A DNA stretch of 64,000 nt from a bacterium. Its GTDB lineage: Bacteria; Patescibacteriota; Minisyncoccia; Phycocordibacterales; UBA5272. Of the stretch, positions 51,890-62,602 are shown one piece after another. The notes under the pieces are model-generated. The model had not been told where the DNA came from. It was given only the letters and a program-made list of their open reading frames with translations, and ran no database searches. Made by a program: the position numbers and the translations under genes. Location of the stretch: positions 2,165-66,164 of the forward strand of contig JAHFNB010000003.1 in the NCBI GenBank assembly GCA_023267595.1. Reading direction: 5' to 3'. The number at the start of each line of letters is the position of its first letter. Position 1 is the stretch's first letter.

Positions 51890-54613
51890 ATGAGCATACC
51901 TTTTCGGTACACTGTTAGAAATCTCACACGTATTGTCTTTCTCTCTCTCGTATACTTCCTCTCTTTTGAAACTCTATTTGCTGCACAAGTAAACACTATT
52001 ACAAGTCCACAAAGTGGTATGGTATATCAAACAGGAAAACCAGTAACACTTTCTGGAATCTATAGTGAAGACGCAGGTGGTAGGAACTTTTACATTCTAG
52101 ACTGTAATGGAACCAATCAAGAATGTTTTGAAAATCCTGGTGTTATAAAATATGATACAGGTAGTAATGCATCTCCAAATGGCGCATTTACATTTTCTCT
52201 AGGGACACTTGCAAATGGATCACATTCATTACGATTTGGAACAGTGGTATCTAATGGTTGTGGAATTGGTGCAGGAGTATGTACACTATCATTTCGAATC
52301 TCTGGGCCCATCACTTTTTCTGTTGGCACTGTAACAAGTACTGCTTCAGCAGTTGGAGTAGGTGGATATACTTGTGGACCTGCTCATGGAGTACCTGTAA
52401 AAACTGCGCCGACAATTAATTCTGATCTTTGTAAAGCAGGAAATGCAGGATCTGGAGTTCCAGGGGAGGTTACTGATAAAGGAAGTACATGGAATTGGAA
52501 CTGTTATAGTTCCACTGAAAAAATGTCCTGTACAGAATATCAAGACACATTCAGTTGTATTTCTAGTCGTTCAAAAAATGGAAACTACATATCCTGTAGT
52601 GCTCCAAAACTAACAACGAGTGCTCCTGTAGCAGTGAGCATATTTACCAATACTCCAAAAGTTTCTCTTATAAGTTCTGTCGCACAGGTTCAATTGGGAG
52701 GATCTCACACACTTACTTGGAATAACCAAGAAGTTACTGGATGTTCTGCGAGTGGAGACTGGTCAGGGGATTATAAAGGTCTCTCTGGTTCCCAAACATT
52801 TTCAAATATTACAACAAATAAAAAATATATACTCACATGTCTTACAAATCTTGGAGAGCCTATAACAAGTACCGTTACTATAACTATTATTCCTCCAACA
52901 TGTACAACATCATCTGAGCAACAAACAATTTCATGTACAAATACTCAAACAGGATCAATAGTACAAACAAGAACAAGTAGTTGTCCTAATCCATACGGAA
53001 CACCAGTGTGGTCTACATGGAACGACACTACAAATTCCTGTAAACAAATACCGATTCCAACTGCCACTATAAATGTGAATACTTCTACTGTTCCATCTGG
53101 TTTGGGAGTGGCTATTACATGGTCATCTTCTTTGGCAACCACTTGTGAAACCTCATGGAATGGCCCAAATCAGCCTACAAGTGGAAGTATTTACACAGGT
53201 GCACTCATTGGACCACGTACAGAAACATACTGGATAAATTGTCAAAATACTGGGGGGTCTTCAGGAAGAATATCTAAAGTAATTACAGTCTTATCTCCAC
53301 CAGAAATAATAACACCACCTAGTCCTCCTACTGTTACTATTGTTCTAGATCCTCCAACAATTACACAAGGAGATATTATTCATGTACGTTTTACTTCATC
53401 AAATGCATCATCATGTACTAATTCATGGGACACGATGACTTCCACAGTTGGTGATACTGTTGTATCACCACAAACCAATACACTCTATTCAGTAACATGC
53501 ACAGGACTTGGTGGATCTATAACACAATCATCATCAGTAACTGTTAATCCAAAAATAATTTCTCCTCTAGTTACACAAACACCAAAAAAACAACCAGAAT
53601 CAGTTACGACAGAAATTCAACCTACTCAACAAGCACCAACTCCAAATATAGTAGTACCAGAACCAACAAGGACAACAGTGGAAACACCTGTACCAACTCC
53701 TACTTCTACAGAAAAAATAGAACCTAATACTCAAACAGAATATCGTCGAACAATCATACAACCAACACAACCACAATCTGATGCCTTACCAATTGCTAAA
53801 CCATCAGAACCTCAAACAACATCTGTTCCAACTTCACCTACGAAACAAACAGACGTGCAGCAAGTACAAGATATTCCTGCACCATACACTATAAAACCAA
53901 ACCAACAAAGTAATATTCAAATAACACAAGATGGTATGCCTGCTATCTCATTTACTGCAGATGCTACCCATATTTCTTATGATGATTCAGTTACATTACA
54001 ATGGTCTACACGAAATGCTACCGGATGTCGAAGTATAGGTCCATCATGGCCATCAGTTTATAAAGCAGTACAAGGAAAATATTATATAGGTAATCTAACT
54101 GAAACTAAAACGTTTATTCTTACATGCAAAAACGAAACATTTGCTGCAACAACATCTCTTACTATTACTGTTGATCCAAAACCTGCAAGCACATTAAATA
54201 TCACACGACCAAGTAGTATGCCGACAATAGTACCATTCCAAACATCTTCCCAAGTACAACAAACCTCACAAACAAAAACTGCTCCTACAACAACATCTGA
54301 AACACCAAATCAAACAAATACTACTTCTGCTACTTCAAATACATCTCCTACCGTAAAACAACCAGAATCTAAACCAGTCGTATTATCTCCGTATGTAAAC
54401 TTTTTCTATACAATAATTAATGGAAATGTCATTCTCAAGTGGGACACAAGAAATGTTACTTCATGTTATTCCTCTGGCGCTTGGTCTGGATACCAAGCAT
54501 TACAAGGAACTAAAAACATAGGCTCTTCCGTAACAGGGAAGACCTATACACTTACCTGTAAAGGATCATACCCACTCAGTCGTTCTGTTACTATAAAAAC
54601 AAAAGGACTATAA
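51890..54613 (+). CDS. Large secreted protein with at least five ~90-aa Ig-like repeats (each with two conserved Cys) and a long Pro/Thr/Gln-rich linker
   Basis: Signal peptide. Repeats such as VTLQWSTRNATGCRSIGPSWPSVYKAVQGKYYIGNLTETKTFILTC recur (consensus L.W.s.n.tgC..sG.WsG...l.G......t.t.T..LtC). Confidence 0.55.
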   Translation: MSIPFRYTVRNLTRIVFLSLVYFLSFETLFAAQVNTITSPQSGMVYQTGKPVTLSGIYSEDAGGRNFYILDCNGTNQECFENPGVIKYDTGSNASPNGAFTFSLGTLANGSHSLRFGTVVSNGCGIGAGVCTLSFRISGPITFSVGTVTSTASAVGVGGYTCGPAHGVPVKTAPTINSDLCKAGNAGSGVPGEVTDKGSTWNWNCYSSTEKMSCTEYQDTFSCISSRSKNGNYISCSAPKLTTSAPVAVSIFTNTPKVSLISSVAQVQLGGSHTLTWNNQEVTGCSASGDWSGDYKGLSGSQTFSNITTNKKYILTCLTNLGEPITSTVTITIIPPTCTTSSEQQTISCTNTQTGSIVQTRTSSCPNPYGTPVWSTWNDTTNSCKQIPIPTATINVNTSTVPSGLGVAITWSSSLATTCETSWNGPNQPTSGSIYTGALIGPRTETYWINCQNTGGSSGRISKVITVLSPPEIITPPSPPTVTIVLDPPTITQGDIIHVRFTSSNASSCTNSWDTMTSTVGDTVVSPQTNTLYSVTCTGLGGSITQSSSVTVNPKIISPLVTQTPKKQPESVTTEIQPTQQAPTPNIVVPEPTRTTVETPVPTPTSTEKIEPNTQTEYRRTIIQPTQPQSDALPIAKPSEPQTTSVPTSPTKQTDVQQVQDIPAPYTIKPNQQSNIQITQDGMPAISFTADATHISYDDSVTLQWSTRNATGCRSIGPSWPSVYKAVQGKYYIGNLTETKTFILTCKNETFAATTSLTITVDPKPASTLNITRPSSMPTIVPFQTSSQVQQTSQTKTAPTTTSETPNQTNTTSATSNTSPTVKQPESKPVVLSPYVNFFYTIINGNVILKWDTRNVTSCYSSGAWSGYQALQGTKNIGSSVTGKTYTLTCKGSYPLSRSVTIKTKGL

Positions 54614-54684
54614 ATAAAATAAGGGGAAAGAATAAATATCTTAAATTTACCAAAATACAATAAATATGCTATAATGTCTAGTAT

Positions 54685-55434
54685 ATGAAAACTAGTGTTT
54701 ATCTTTACGGTAAAAACCCTTTACAAGAAGCAATTCTCGCACATAAACGAGGATCACCTCTTACTATTGAAAAACTATTTCTTACCAAAGAAATATCTCA
54801 AGACCCAAGTATTGTGAGTTACCTTCAAACATATAAACTTGAAACTGAAATAGTAACATCCTCAGAAATAGAAAGTATGGTTGGTAGAAATGCTATACAC
54901 CAAGGAATATGTGCACTACTTAAGGAGCATCTACTTTATACACCACTTGAGCAAGTACTTGCAAAAATAAAGATCTCATCTACAAATAATCTTTTCGTAC
55001 TTCTTGATGAACTAGAAGACCCACATAATGTCGGTGCAATCATTCGTAGTGCTTCTGCATTTGGTGCACAAGCAATATTGTTACCTGAACATGACCAAGT
55101 ACAATTAAATGGCACTGTTATAAAATCTGCTTCTGGTATGAACTTTACTATTCCTATAGTACGAATTGGAAATATCAATACAACGCTTCGAAAATTAAAA
55201 GATGAGGGGTTTTGGATTTATGGTTTAACAGGAAATGGTGATACAAAACTTAATGAAACAACCTTTGATAGTAATACAATTCTCGTAGTAGGTAGTGAAG
55301 GATCGGGTATCCGTGAAAAAACACTTGAACTTTGTGATTTTAAAGTATCTATTAGCACAAGTGAACTTTGTGAATCATTAAATGCATCGAACGCAACTGC
55401 AGTCACTCTGTACGAATGGAGAAAACAAAACTAA
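54685..55434 (+). CDS. rlmB: TrmH/SpoU-family RNA 2'-O-methyltransferase (RlmB-like)
   Basis: LLDELEDPHNVGAIIRSASAFGAQAILLP. ILVVGSEGSGIREKTLELCDFKVSI. Confidence 0.8.
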   Translation: MKTSVYLYGKNPLQEAILAHKRGSPLTIEKLFLTKEISQDPSIVSYLQTYKLETEIVTSSEIESMVGRNAIHQGICALLKEHLLYTPLEQVLAKIKISSTNNLFVLLDELEDPHNVGAIIRSASAFGAQAILLPEHDQVQLNGTVIKSASGMNFTIPIVRIGNINTTLRKLKDEGFWIYGLTGNGDTKLNETTFDSNTILVVGSEGSGIREKTLELCDFKVSISTSELCESLNASNATAVTLYEWRKQN

Positions 55435-55438
55435 TACT

Positions 55439-56698
55439 ATGAAATCAATTCCACACGAAACAAAAGTATGGGATGTTGTTGTTATTGGTGGAGGAGCATC
55501 TGGCATGATGGCTGCTGGTCGCGCAGGGGAATTACACAAAGATGTACTTCTCCTTGAGAAAAATGATACTCTGGGTAAAAAATTACTCATCACAGGTGGT
55601 GGTAGGTGTAATGTGACAAATAATAAAAAAGATAACCGTATTTTACTTGCAAAATATAAAGGGAATGATCAGTTTTTATATTCTGCATTTACACAATGGA
55701 ATGTAAAAAATACATTAGACTTTTTTCATGTACGAGGAATGGATACAAAAGAAGAAAATGAAGGAAGAGTATTTCCATTATCTAATTCTGCACAATCAGT
55801 TTTTGATGTTCTTGTAACATATTTACAACAAGGAAACGTGACTATACAAACAGGTACACTAGTATCTGGAATATCAATCAATAAAAAAACAGGGGATTTT
55901 GACATAAAAACAAAATTACACGGCACTATACATACAAAGAAATGTATTATCGCAACTGGTGGAACATCTCGCCCAGAAACTGGATCTACAGGAGATGGTT
56001 TTAAATGGCTTTCTAAATTAGGTCACACAATTACAACACCAGAAGCATCACTTGTTCCAATCGCACTTACTGATACTTGGACGAAAAAAGTAAGTGGACT
56101 AACATTACCTGATATCAAATTGACAACGTATCAAAATAATCAAAAACAAGAATCTCACAAGGGGAAAATTTTATTCACACACGTAGGTATTAGTGGTCCA
56201 ACAGTTCTTGCAATGAGTAAAGAGGTTGGTGAATTATTAAAATATGGGACAGTAAGTATTATACTTGATCTATTTCCACATCTTGATATTCCAGCACTCA
56301 AGCAACAACTACAAAGAATACTTGTTGAACAAAGTAATAAAAAATTAAAAAATGCACTTAGTATATTAATTCCTGCATCACTTGTATCACCATTACTGGA
56401 ACAAGCACATATTGAAAGAGAAACTTTCTGTCATAGTGTAAGTAGCGAAGATAGAATAAAACTCACAGACTTTTTAAAAACTATTCCACTTCATGTAAAA
56501 AATCTATTGAGTGAAGATAAGGCTATTATTTCATCTGGTGGTGTAAATCTTAAAGAAATTAACTTCAAAACTATGGAATCACGTCTTGTACCTAATCTGT
56601 ATGTTACTGGAGATGTACTTAATATAGATAGACCGTCTGGCGGTTATAGTTTGCAATTATGTTGGACAACAGGATTTGTGGCAGGAAGCAATTGCTAG
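55439..56698 (+). CDS. HI0933-family NAD(P)/FAD-dependent flavoprotein (BaiN/aminoacetone oxidase-like). ORF is open from 55382.
   Basis: WDVVVIGGGASGMMAAGRAG dinucleotide-binding fold. LLITGGGRCNVTN signature of the HI0933 family. Confidence 0.75.
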   Translation: MKSIPHETKVWDVVVIGGGASGMMAAGRAGELHKDVLLLEKNDTLGKKLLITGGGRCNVTNNKKDNRILLAKYKGNDQFLYSAFTQWNVKNTLDFFHVRGMDTKEENEGRVFPLSNSAQSVFDVLVTYLQQGNVTIQTGTLVSGISINKKTGDFDIKTKLHGTIHTKKCIIATGGTSRPETGSTGDGFKWLSKLGHTITTPEASLVPIALTDTWTKKVSGLTLPDIKLTTYQNNQKQESHKGKILFTHVGISGPTVLAMSKEVGELLKYGTVSIILDLFPHLDIPALKQQLQRILVEQSNKKLKNALSILIPASLVSPLLEQAHIERETFCHSVSSEDRIKLTDFLKTIPLHVKNLLSEDKAIISSGGVNLKEINFKTMESRLVPNLYVTGDVLNIDRPSGGYSLQLCWTTGFVAGSNC

Positions 56699-56722
56699 GT
56701 ATAGTGACTTTTTTATCAAAGA

Positions 56723-59700
56723 TTACTTTAAATCTATATACTTTTTTCCTGGGTATCTGAAGAAAAATACTGGTATCAGTATAAGTGTAAGAACCATAGC
56801 AAATGCTAATCCAAACATAATAGCAAATGCAAGTGGCCCCCATAGCGCAGAAACTCGAGCCAATGGAATCATACCTACAACAGTTGTGATAGTTGTTAAG
56901 AAGATTGGACGCAGACGAATAGCAGAAGCGTCCAGTATTACATCTCGTAGATTTTTTGCTTCATTACCATCCTCTTTCTTTTTCTTTTCTATATCTAATC
57001 TATGTAATATAGAATCTAGTAAAATAATTGCATGATTAATTATCACACCAGAAAGTGCAATAAGCCCTAACATTGATGAAAATGATAATGCTTGACCTGT
57101 TAACGTAAGACCTCCTAATACTCCAATAAGTGAAAGTGGGATAGTGAACAGGAGATAGAATGCATATCTGAATGAATTAAATTCAAGTACAAGTATTGCA
57201 AGCATTCCCGCCATTCCAGCAAGTAATGCAAGTCCCATTTCAGTGAACGTTTTGTTTATCTCTTCATTATCTCCACCATATTTAATGACAACTGATTCTG
57301 GAAGATGTAACTCATCTTCATGCTTCTTAAATTCATTTGTAATTTTAAGAGCATTTCCATCAGTAGTTAATTTACTACTTACTGTCGCAATTCTCTTTTG
57401 ATCTTCATGATTTATAACTGCACGAGATTCAGAAATTTTTGTCGTGATGACTGAACCCAATAAAATTGTCCCACTCGGAGTTACAACAGGAATTCCTTTT
57501 ATACTATCCAGTGTTGTTTTAATTGTGTCTTCTGGATTTATGAAACCAGCATTCAAATCTGCTTTTACAACTATATCAATATCTGTGCCATTTTTTTTAA
57601 TGGTAGTTGCTGTTACCCCAGAAACTGCAGTGCGCAGTAAAGAAGCAACAGAAGAAGCAGATAAACCAACTTGAGTTGCTTTGATACGATCAATTCCTAT
57701 TTCAAATTGTGTCCCATCATCTTTTAATGAAGTCGTAACATCTTGAGTCCCAGAAATAGAGGAGAGAATTATCTCTGCTTTATTTACAGCATCTCCTAAC
57801 TCTTCTAGATTATCTCCAGAAAAATTTATAACAACAGGATCACCACTAGGTGGTCCATTATTCCCTTGATCGACTTTTACATCTGCTGATATAACAGGGG
57901 AGAGTTCATTACGAATTTTTCCAACTATTTCAGTTGAAGTTAATTTACGATTCTTTGGTAGAATAACGGTAATATTTGCCAATTTAGACCCAGATCCACC
58001 GCCTGAACCAGACAAAGCAGAAGATGCTCCAACAGTCGTTACAAATGATTCAACGTAAGGCGAGTTGTATAAGATTTCTTCTACTTCACGCACGGATAGA
58101 TCTGTTTTTGTTAATGGAGTTCCTTGTGGACGTTCAATAGAAATAAATACATAATCTTGATCATCTTGTGGAAAAAATGAAACATTGAGTAATCCTGTTA
58201 TTGGGAGTGAGATTGCAATAACAAATCCTATTCCAAGTGTCCAAAAAAATCTCTTTTGAGATTTTGCACTATTTAAAATACCTCCCAAAAATCCTTTGTA
58301 CCATTCTTGAATCTTATGTGACCATTCTTCTTGCATATCCTCAAACTTATTCTTATGTTCTTTTGTTAAAAGAATTGCAAGTAATGGAACAAACCCTAGA
58401 GCAACCACAATAGATGCCATCAAAACAAAAATAATCGTAAATGGAATTGAAGAAATAAATTTACCAACAATTCCAGAAAGGAAAAAGAGTGGGGCAAACA
58501 CAGCCACAGTTGTCATAGTTCCAGCAATTAATGGCCAAGCATACTCTTTTATAGATGCAATGGCTGCACTTTCTGCACTTCCATATATTTTTATACGCGT
58601 GTGTATGGCTTCAGCTACCACAATACCAGAATCCACCAGAATTCCAATAGCAAGAATAAGCGAAAACAATGACATGAAGTTAATCGTATTCCCAGATAGA
58701 TACAGTCCTGTGAAGGCTATCACAAAAGAAAGTGGAATAGACAATCCTGCAACAAGAGACTCACGCCATCCAATAGTTAGAAAAAGCATGAGCATCACAA
58801 GAGCCACAGTTTCTAGACCTGTTTCTGTTAAGTTAGTTAAATCTTTTTTTACTAACTCTCCAGTATCGAGCGAAACTACTACTTGCGCACCAGATAATTT
58901 AGTAGTCTTTAATTCATCTATCTTGTCCCGAGCCGCCTTAGCAATCTTTGTCACATCTCCACCTGATTTTTTATAAATATTTAAAGTAAGTGCATTTTCT
59001 GAAGGTGCACCATTTACTGATATACGTGAAAAAGTAGAAGGTGGAGCAAGTCCATCAGCAATAAATGCAACATCACGCAAATAAACTGGCACTCCACTTG
59101 CTGATTGAATTGTAATATCTGGAACTTCTATCGCATCTTCAATTGATCCAGCAAATTTAATTGGATAATCTATATCAGATACTGTTATATTCCCAATCGG
59201 AAAAGAAGCATTTGCTCCTTGAATTGCTCCTATCACTTGATTTAAAGAAAGACCATAATTAACTAATTGCTCTTTTCTAACCACTACTTGTATCTGTCTT
59301 TCACGAGTTCCTGAAATTTCCACCTTTGAAACTCCATCAACTTTTTTTAATTCTTTTTTCAAATCTTCACCCAAAGCCGTAAGCCCAGCCGGAGACAAGT
59401 CTTGAGAAATGGAAAGTATAAGCATCGGTTGATCTGCAAAGTTTATTTTTGTAACTATTGGATCTGTTGCATCAGCCGGTAAATCTCCTTTTACTCGATC
59501 AACAGCATCTTTTAAATCCTGAATAGACTTTTCTATATTTGCACTTGCGTTAAATTGAGCAGTAATAACAGAAACTCCTTCACGAGATGAAGAGGTTACC
59601 TTATCTATATTTTCAACATTTGCAATTTCACCTTCTAACTTATCTGTTATAAGTTTTTCAGTATCAGAAGCAGAGGCTCCGCGAAGCACCGTAGAGACTA

Positions 59701-59839
59701 TTCCCATAGGAATAATGACCTCAGGTGCTGATTCTTTTGGAATAGAGACGAGAGAATAAGTACCCATTAAAATGAGTATAGTCATGAGCAAATAAGTAAA
59801 TGCTCGTTTCTTTAGAAAAAATGTCCAGAGTGAGTACAT
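56723..59839 (-). CDS. RND-superfamily efflux transporter permease (AcrB-like, 12 TM, two large periplasmic loops)
   Basis: 1038 aa. Duplicated 6-TM plus periplasmic-domain architecture. Conserved GxxxD/E TM motifs. Confidence 0.85.
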   Translation of the reverse strand: MYSLWTFFLKKRAFTYLLMTILILMGTYSLVSIPKESAPEVIIPMGIVSTVLRGASASDTEKLITDKLEGEIANVENIDKVTSSSREGVSVITAQFNASANIEKSIQDLKDAVDRVKGDLPADATDPIVTKINFADQPMLILSISQDLSPAGLTALGEDLKKELKKVDGVSKVEISGTRERQIQVVVRKEQLVNYGLSLNQVIGAIQGANASFPIGNITVSDIDYPIKFAGSIEDAIEVPDITIQSASGVPVYLRDVAFIADGLAPPSTFSRISVNGAPSENALTLNIYKKSGGDVTKIAKAARDKIDELKTTKLSGAQVVVSLDTGELVKKDLTNLTETGLETVALVMLMLFLTIGWRESLVAGLSIPLSFVIAFTGLYLSGNTINFMSLFSLILAIGILVDSGIVVAEAIHTRIKIYGSAESAAIASIKEYAWPLIAGTMTTVAVFAPLFFLSGIVGKFISSIPFTIIFVLMASIVVALGFVPLLAILLTKEHKNKFEDMQEEWSHKIQEWYKGFLGGILNSAKSQKRFFWTLGIGFVIAISLPITGLLNVSFFPQDDQDYVFISIERPQGTPLTKTDLSVREVEEILYNSPYVESFVTTVGASSALSGSGGGSGSKLANITVILPKNRKLTSTEIVGKIRNELSPVISADVKVDQGNNGPPSGDPVVINFSGDNLEELGDAVNKAEIILSSISGTQDVTTSLKDDGTQFEIGIDRIKATQVGLSASSVASLLRTAVSGVTATTIKKNGTDIDIVVKADLNAGFINPEDTIKTTLDSIKGIPVVTPSGTILLGSVITTKISESRAVINHEDQKRIATVSSKLTTDGNALKITNEFKKHEDELHLPESVVIKYGGDNEEINKTFTEMGLALLAGMAGMLAILVLEFNSFRYAFYLLFTIPLSLIGVLGGLTLTGQALSFSSMLGLIALSGVIINHAIILLDSILHRLDIEKKKKEDGNEAKNLRDVILDASAIRLRPIFLTTITTVVGMIPLARVSALWGPLAFAIMFGLAFAMVLTLILIPVFFFRYPGKKYIDLK

Positions 59840-59867
59840 AAAGATAGTTATGATAAATACATACTAA

Positions 59868-61481
59868 TTACTGAGTAATCTTTACGATGGCACCATCTTT
59901 TAATCCACGTGCATCAGTTACTATTGATTCAGATCCATTCAATCCAGAAAGAATCTGTATTTCTTCGCCCAAAATTGCACCTTCTGTCACTTTAATAGAA
60001 ATAAGTGAACTTGTAGAACTTACTGTAAATACATATGCTCCATTTGGTGTAAGTTTCAATGCTGACAGGGGAATCTTTATTGGACCAGATGTCGACGTTA
60101 TTTTTGTGACTGTTTTACTAACATCCACTCGTACTGATTGACCGTTTATAAGCCTAGAAGATGTATCTGTAATACCAATACGAACTTCTATTTTCTTTGT
60201 ACGAGGATCAATTGCTGAAGCAATACGAGTCACCAGACCTTTAACATTTGAATCAATTATCACAGGACTATTAACCGTGATACGTTTTGCATCATCTTCA
60301 GTAACATAAGCAACTATTTCTAGTGATCCATTATTAGAAACAACTGCAACTTCTGTAAAAGCAGAAACGAAATCTCCGGTTTCAATAGATAGGGAGTTAA
60401 GTGTTCCATTTATTGGACTTCTAACTACGGTTTTTTCAAGTCTAGAGATTGCAGCATTATAAGCACCTTGAGCCTGTTTCACTTGAGCATCTGCTGTAGT
60501 CACATTTGTATCAATATCACCCGAAGTTTTACCAGCAACGGCTTGTGCTGCCAAACTTGCGTTAAGTGTAGTCTTTGCGCTAACAATTGCAGAAATAGTG
60601 CTTGAAATAGTCCCACGAGCAATACTCACATTTGCAATTCCTACCGATATCACACTCGTCGAATAATTATTATCTGGTATTGCTTTTGAATATGCGGTTG
60701 CTAAATCATCCAAATAAGTCTTAATTATCTGTGCATCAGTTTGTATAGAATTTAATTCAGAAATCAAATCACTATCTGTAGTTAAGGTACTGTTTTCTAA
60801 TTGTCTTGCAGTAAGCATTGTTTCTATTTTCTTACGACGAGCCTCTAGAGAAAGAGTGAGATTAGCATCGGGGACAGACATACTGAATTTAACATCTTGA
60901 TTACGAGGATTTGTATATACTGCATCTGTTTTAACATGAATAATATCATCCATGTTAACAAATGCGCTTGAAATAGTATTGAGTGCATTTGTCTTAGAAT
61001 CAGAAAGAGAAGAATTTGTTGTTCTACTATTTATACGAGCAATATCACGTGCTACTTTTGCTGCATCGTAAGATCCTTCTGCTTGCAATACTGCAGCCTT
61101 TTCACTTGAGTTTTCAAACTCTGCAATCACTTGTCCTGCCTCAACATAATCACCAAGTTTTTTATAAACTCGAGTCAATTTACCAGAAGTTTCAGAACGA
61201 ATAGTTGCTTCACTTACGGAAGTAACAGTACCAAGAAGAGGAAGAGGTGAGTCGTTATTTGCCAAATCAGAAACCAAAGCAACTTTAACTTGACGAGGAG
61301 ACTTTGTCACCTCAGCATCTGTTTTTGCTCCACTGAAAGATCGTACACTAACTACACATACTATAACCAAAACAACAGCAATAATTATTTGCTTCCATCT
61401 AGACTGTTCTTTGTACCAAATCCATGACTGATTTTTAATATCTTTTGAGTCATTTATAATTTTTTCTAAGTGTTTATTCAT
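59868..61481 (-). CDS. Efflux RND/HlyD-family periplasmic adaptor (membrane fusion protein)
   Basis: N-terminal TM. Biotinyl/lipoyl-like hairpin (IRSETSGKLTRVYKKLGDYVEAGQVIAEFE). Long coiled coil. Beta-barrel C-domain. Confidence 0.75.
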   Translation of the reverse strand: MNKHLEKIINDSKDIKNQSWIWYKEQSRWKQIIIAVVLVIVCVVSVRSFSGAKTDAEVTKSPRQVKVALVSDLANNDSPLPLLGTVTSVSEATIRSETSGKLTRVYKKLGDYVEAGQVIAEFENSSEKAAVLQAEGSYDAAKVARDIARINSRTTNSSLSDSKTNALNTISSAFVNMDDIIHVKTDAVYTNPRNQDVKFSMSVPDANLTLSLEARRKKIETMLTARQLENSTLTTDSDLISELNSIQTDAQIIKTYLDDLATAYSKAIPDNNYSTSVISVGIANVSIARGTISSTISAIVSAKTTLNASLAAQAVAGKTSGDIDTNVTTADAQVKQAQGAYNAAISRLEKTVVRSPINGTLNSLSIETGDFVSAFTEVAVVSNNGSLEIVAYVTEDDAKRITVNSPVIIDSNVKGLVTRIASAIDPRTKKIEVRIGITDTSSRLINGQSVRVDVSKTVTKITSTSGPIKIPLSALKLTPNGAYVFTVSSTSSLISIKVTEGAILGEEIQILSGLNGSESIVTDARGLKDGAIVKITQ

Positions 61482-61502
61482 ATATTTTTTATAAATTATT
61501 TT

Positions 61503-62003
61503 TTACTTCTTGGTAAGAAGGTTGGATAATACTTGATCAAAATTCTTTGTAATACTTTTTCGATCCTTTTCTTTTATAACTGAAAATATTGCTTGTAATT
61601 CTTTATCTATAATAGTACGAGCAGAATCAAATGACTTAGTACCTTTGGTGGTCACCTTGATGATATGCTTACGACGATTTTTCTTATCTTCTGTACGAGA
61701 AAGTAAACCCATCTTTACTAATGTTGATATATGGCGACTAACTGTTGCTTCTGTTAAATATAATTGTTCTGCTATAGCCGACTGAGAAACAGGTCCAGAA
61801 TTTGAACAATGAAACCCTACAAGAATCATAAACTGAGAGAAGGATATAGATTTTGACTTAAGAAGGGCATGTTCTAAGTGTTTTTGCACAAGAAAATACA
61901 TCTGGTGTACAGAATACATGAATCCTTTTGAAAAATCATGTTTGTGATTTATATCTTTAAAATCTACACAGATTGGCTTCATTTGTGCTAGTATACCATG
62001 CAA
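61503..62003 (-). CDS. MarR-family transcriptional regulator
   Basis: Winged HTH: QSAIAEQLYLTEATVSRHISTLVKMGLLSRTEDKKNRRKHIIKVTTKG. Confidence 0.75.
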   Translation of the reverse strand: MHGILAQMKPICVDFKDINHKHDFSKGFMYSVHQMYFLVQKHLEHALLKSKSISFSQFMILVGFHCSNSGPVSQSAIAEQLYLTEATVSRHISTLVKMGLLSRTEDKKNRRKHIIKVTTKGTKSFDSARTIIDKELQAIFSVIKEKDRKSITKNFDQVLSNLLTKK

Positions 62004-62602
62004 GTGGAACTATTAGCAAACTAAGTATTTAAAGAATACTCCAAGTTAATCTTAAAGTATAAAGACAGGGAAATTATTTCTATATTACTTGATGCTGGGG
62101 AAGGGTGGTAACTACACTTCAATGTAAAGAAGATATGAGCATTACTATTTTACTTGCAATTTCTCCTTATTTTGTAAGGGGATTGATTATAGGGTAATGT
62201 CGCACAATATATCTTTTACGACGTATTAGGATAGGATAAGACCAGTTTAAAGACCACAAACAAATTCAGTCTAAATAATCTAATTTAAAATACTTAAGAA
62301 AAGATTTGCTACGAAACTAACAAGATGACTGAGAATCCCTGCTATTGCATAGATAATGTAAAGCACTAATTGGAGGAGACTATTGATTACTGTATTCATA
62401 TTCTAATACTACCACAATACTAGGGGGCTCTTCTCCCCTTTTATTCTAGATAAATAAAAAGAAAGACAGGTAATTATTTAATCTTTGTAAAAACAATCCA
62501 TGCACCGACAACAATACCGGTAAGTAAGATTGCAAAAATAACAAGCGCAAATGCTGGGACAGTAAATGATATCATAATAGTATAAGTATACCTCTTATTT
62601 GA

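Noticed and set aside
56676-57035. 119-aa plus-strand ORF overlapping the RND permease 3' end
   Set aside because: It is antisense to a high-confidence 1038-aa transporter gene. There is no start context.
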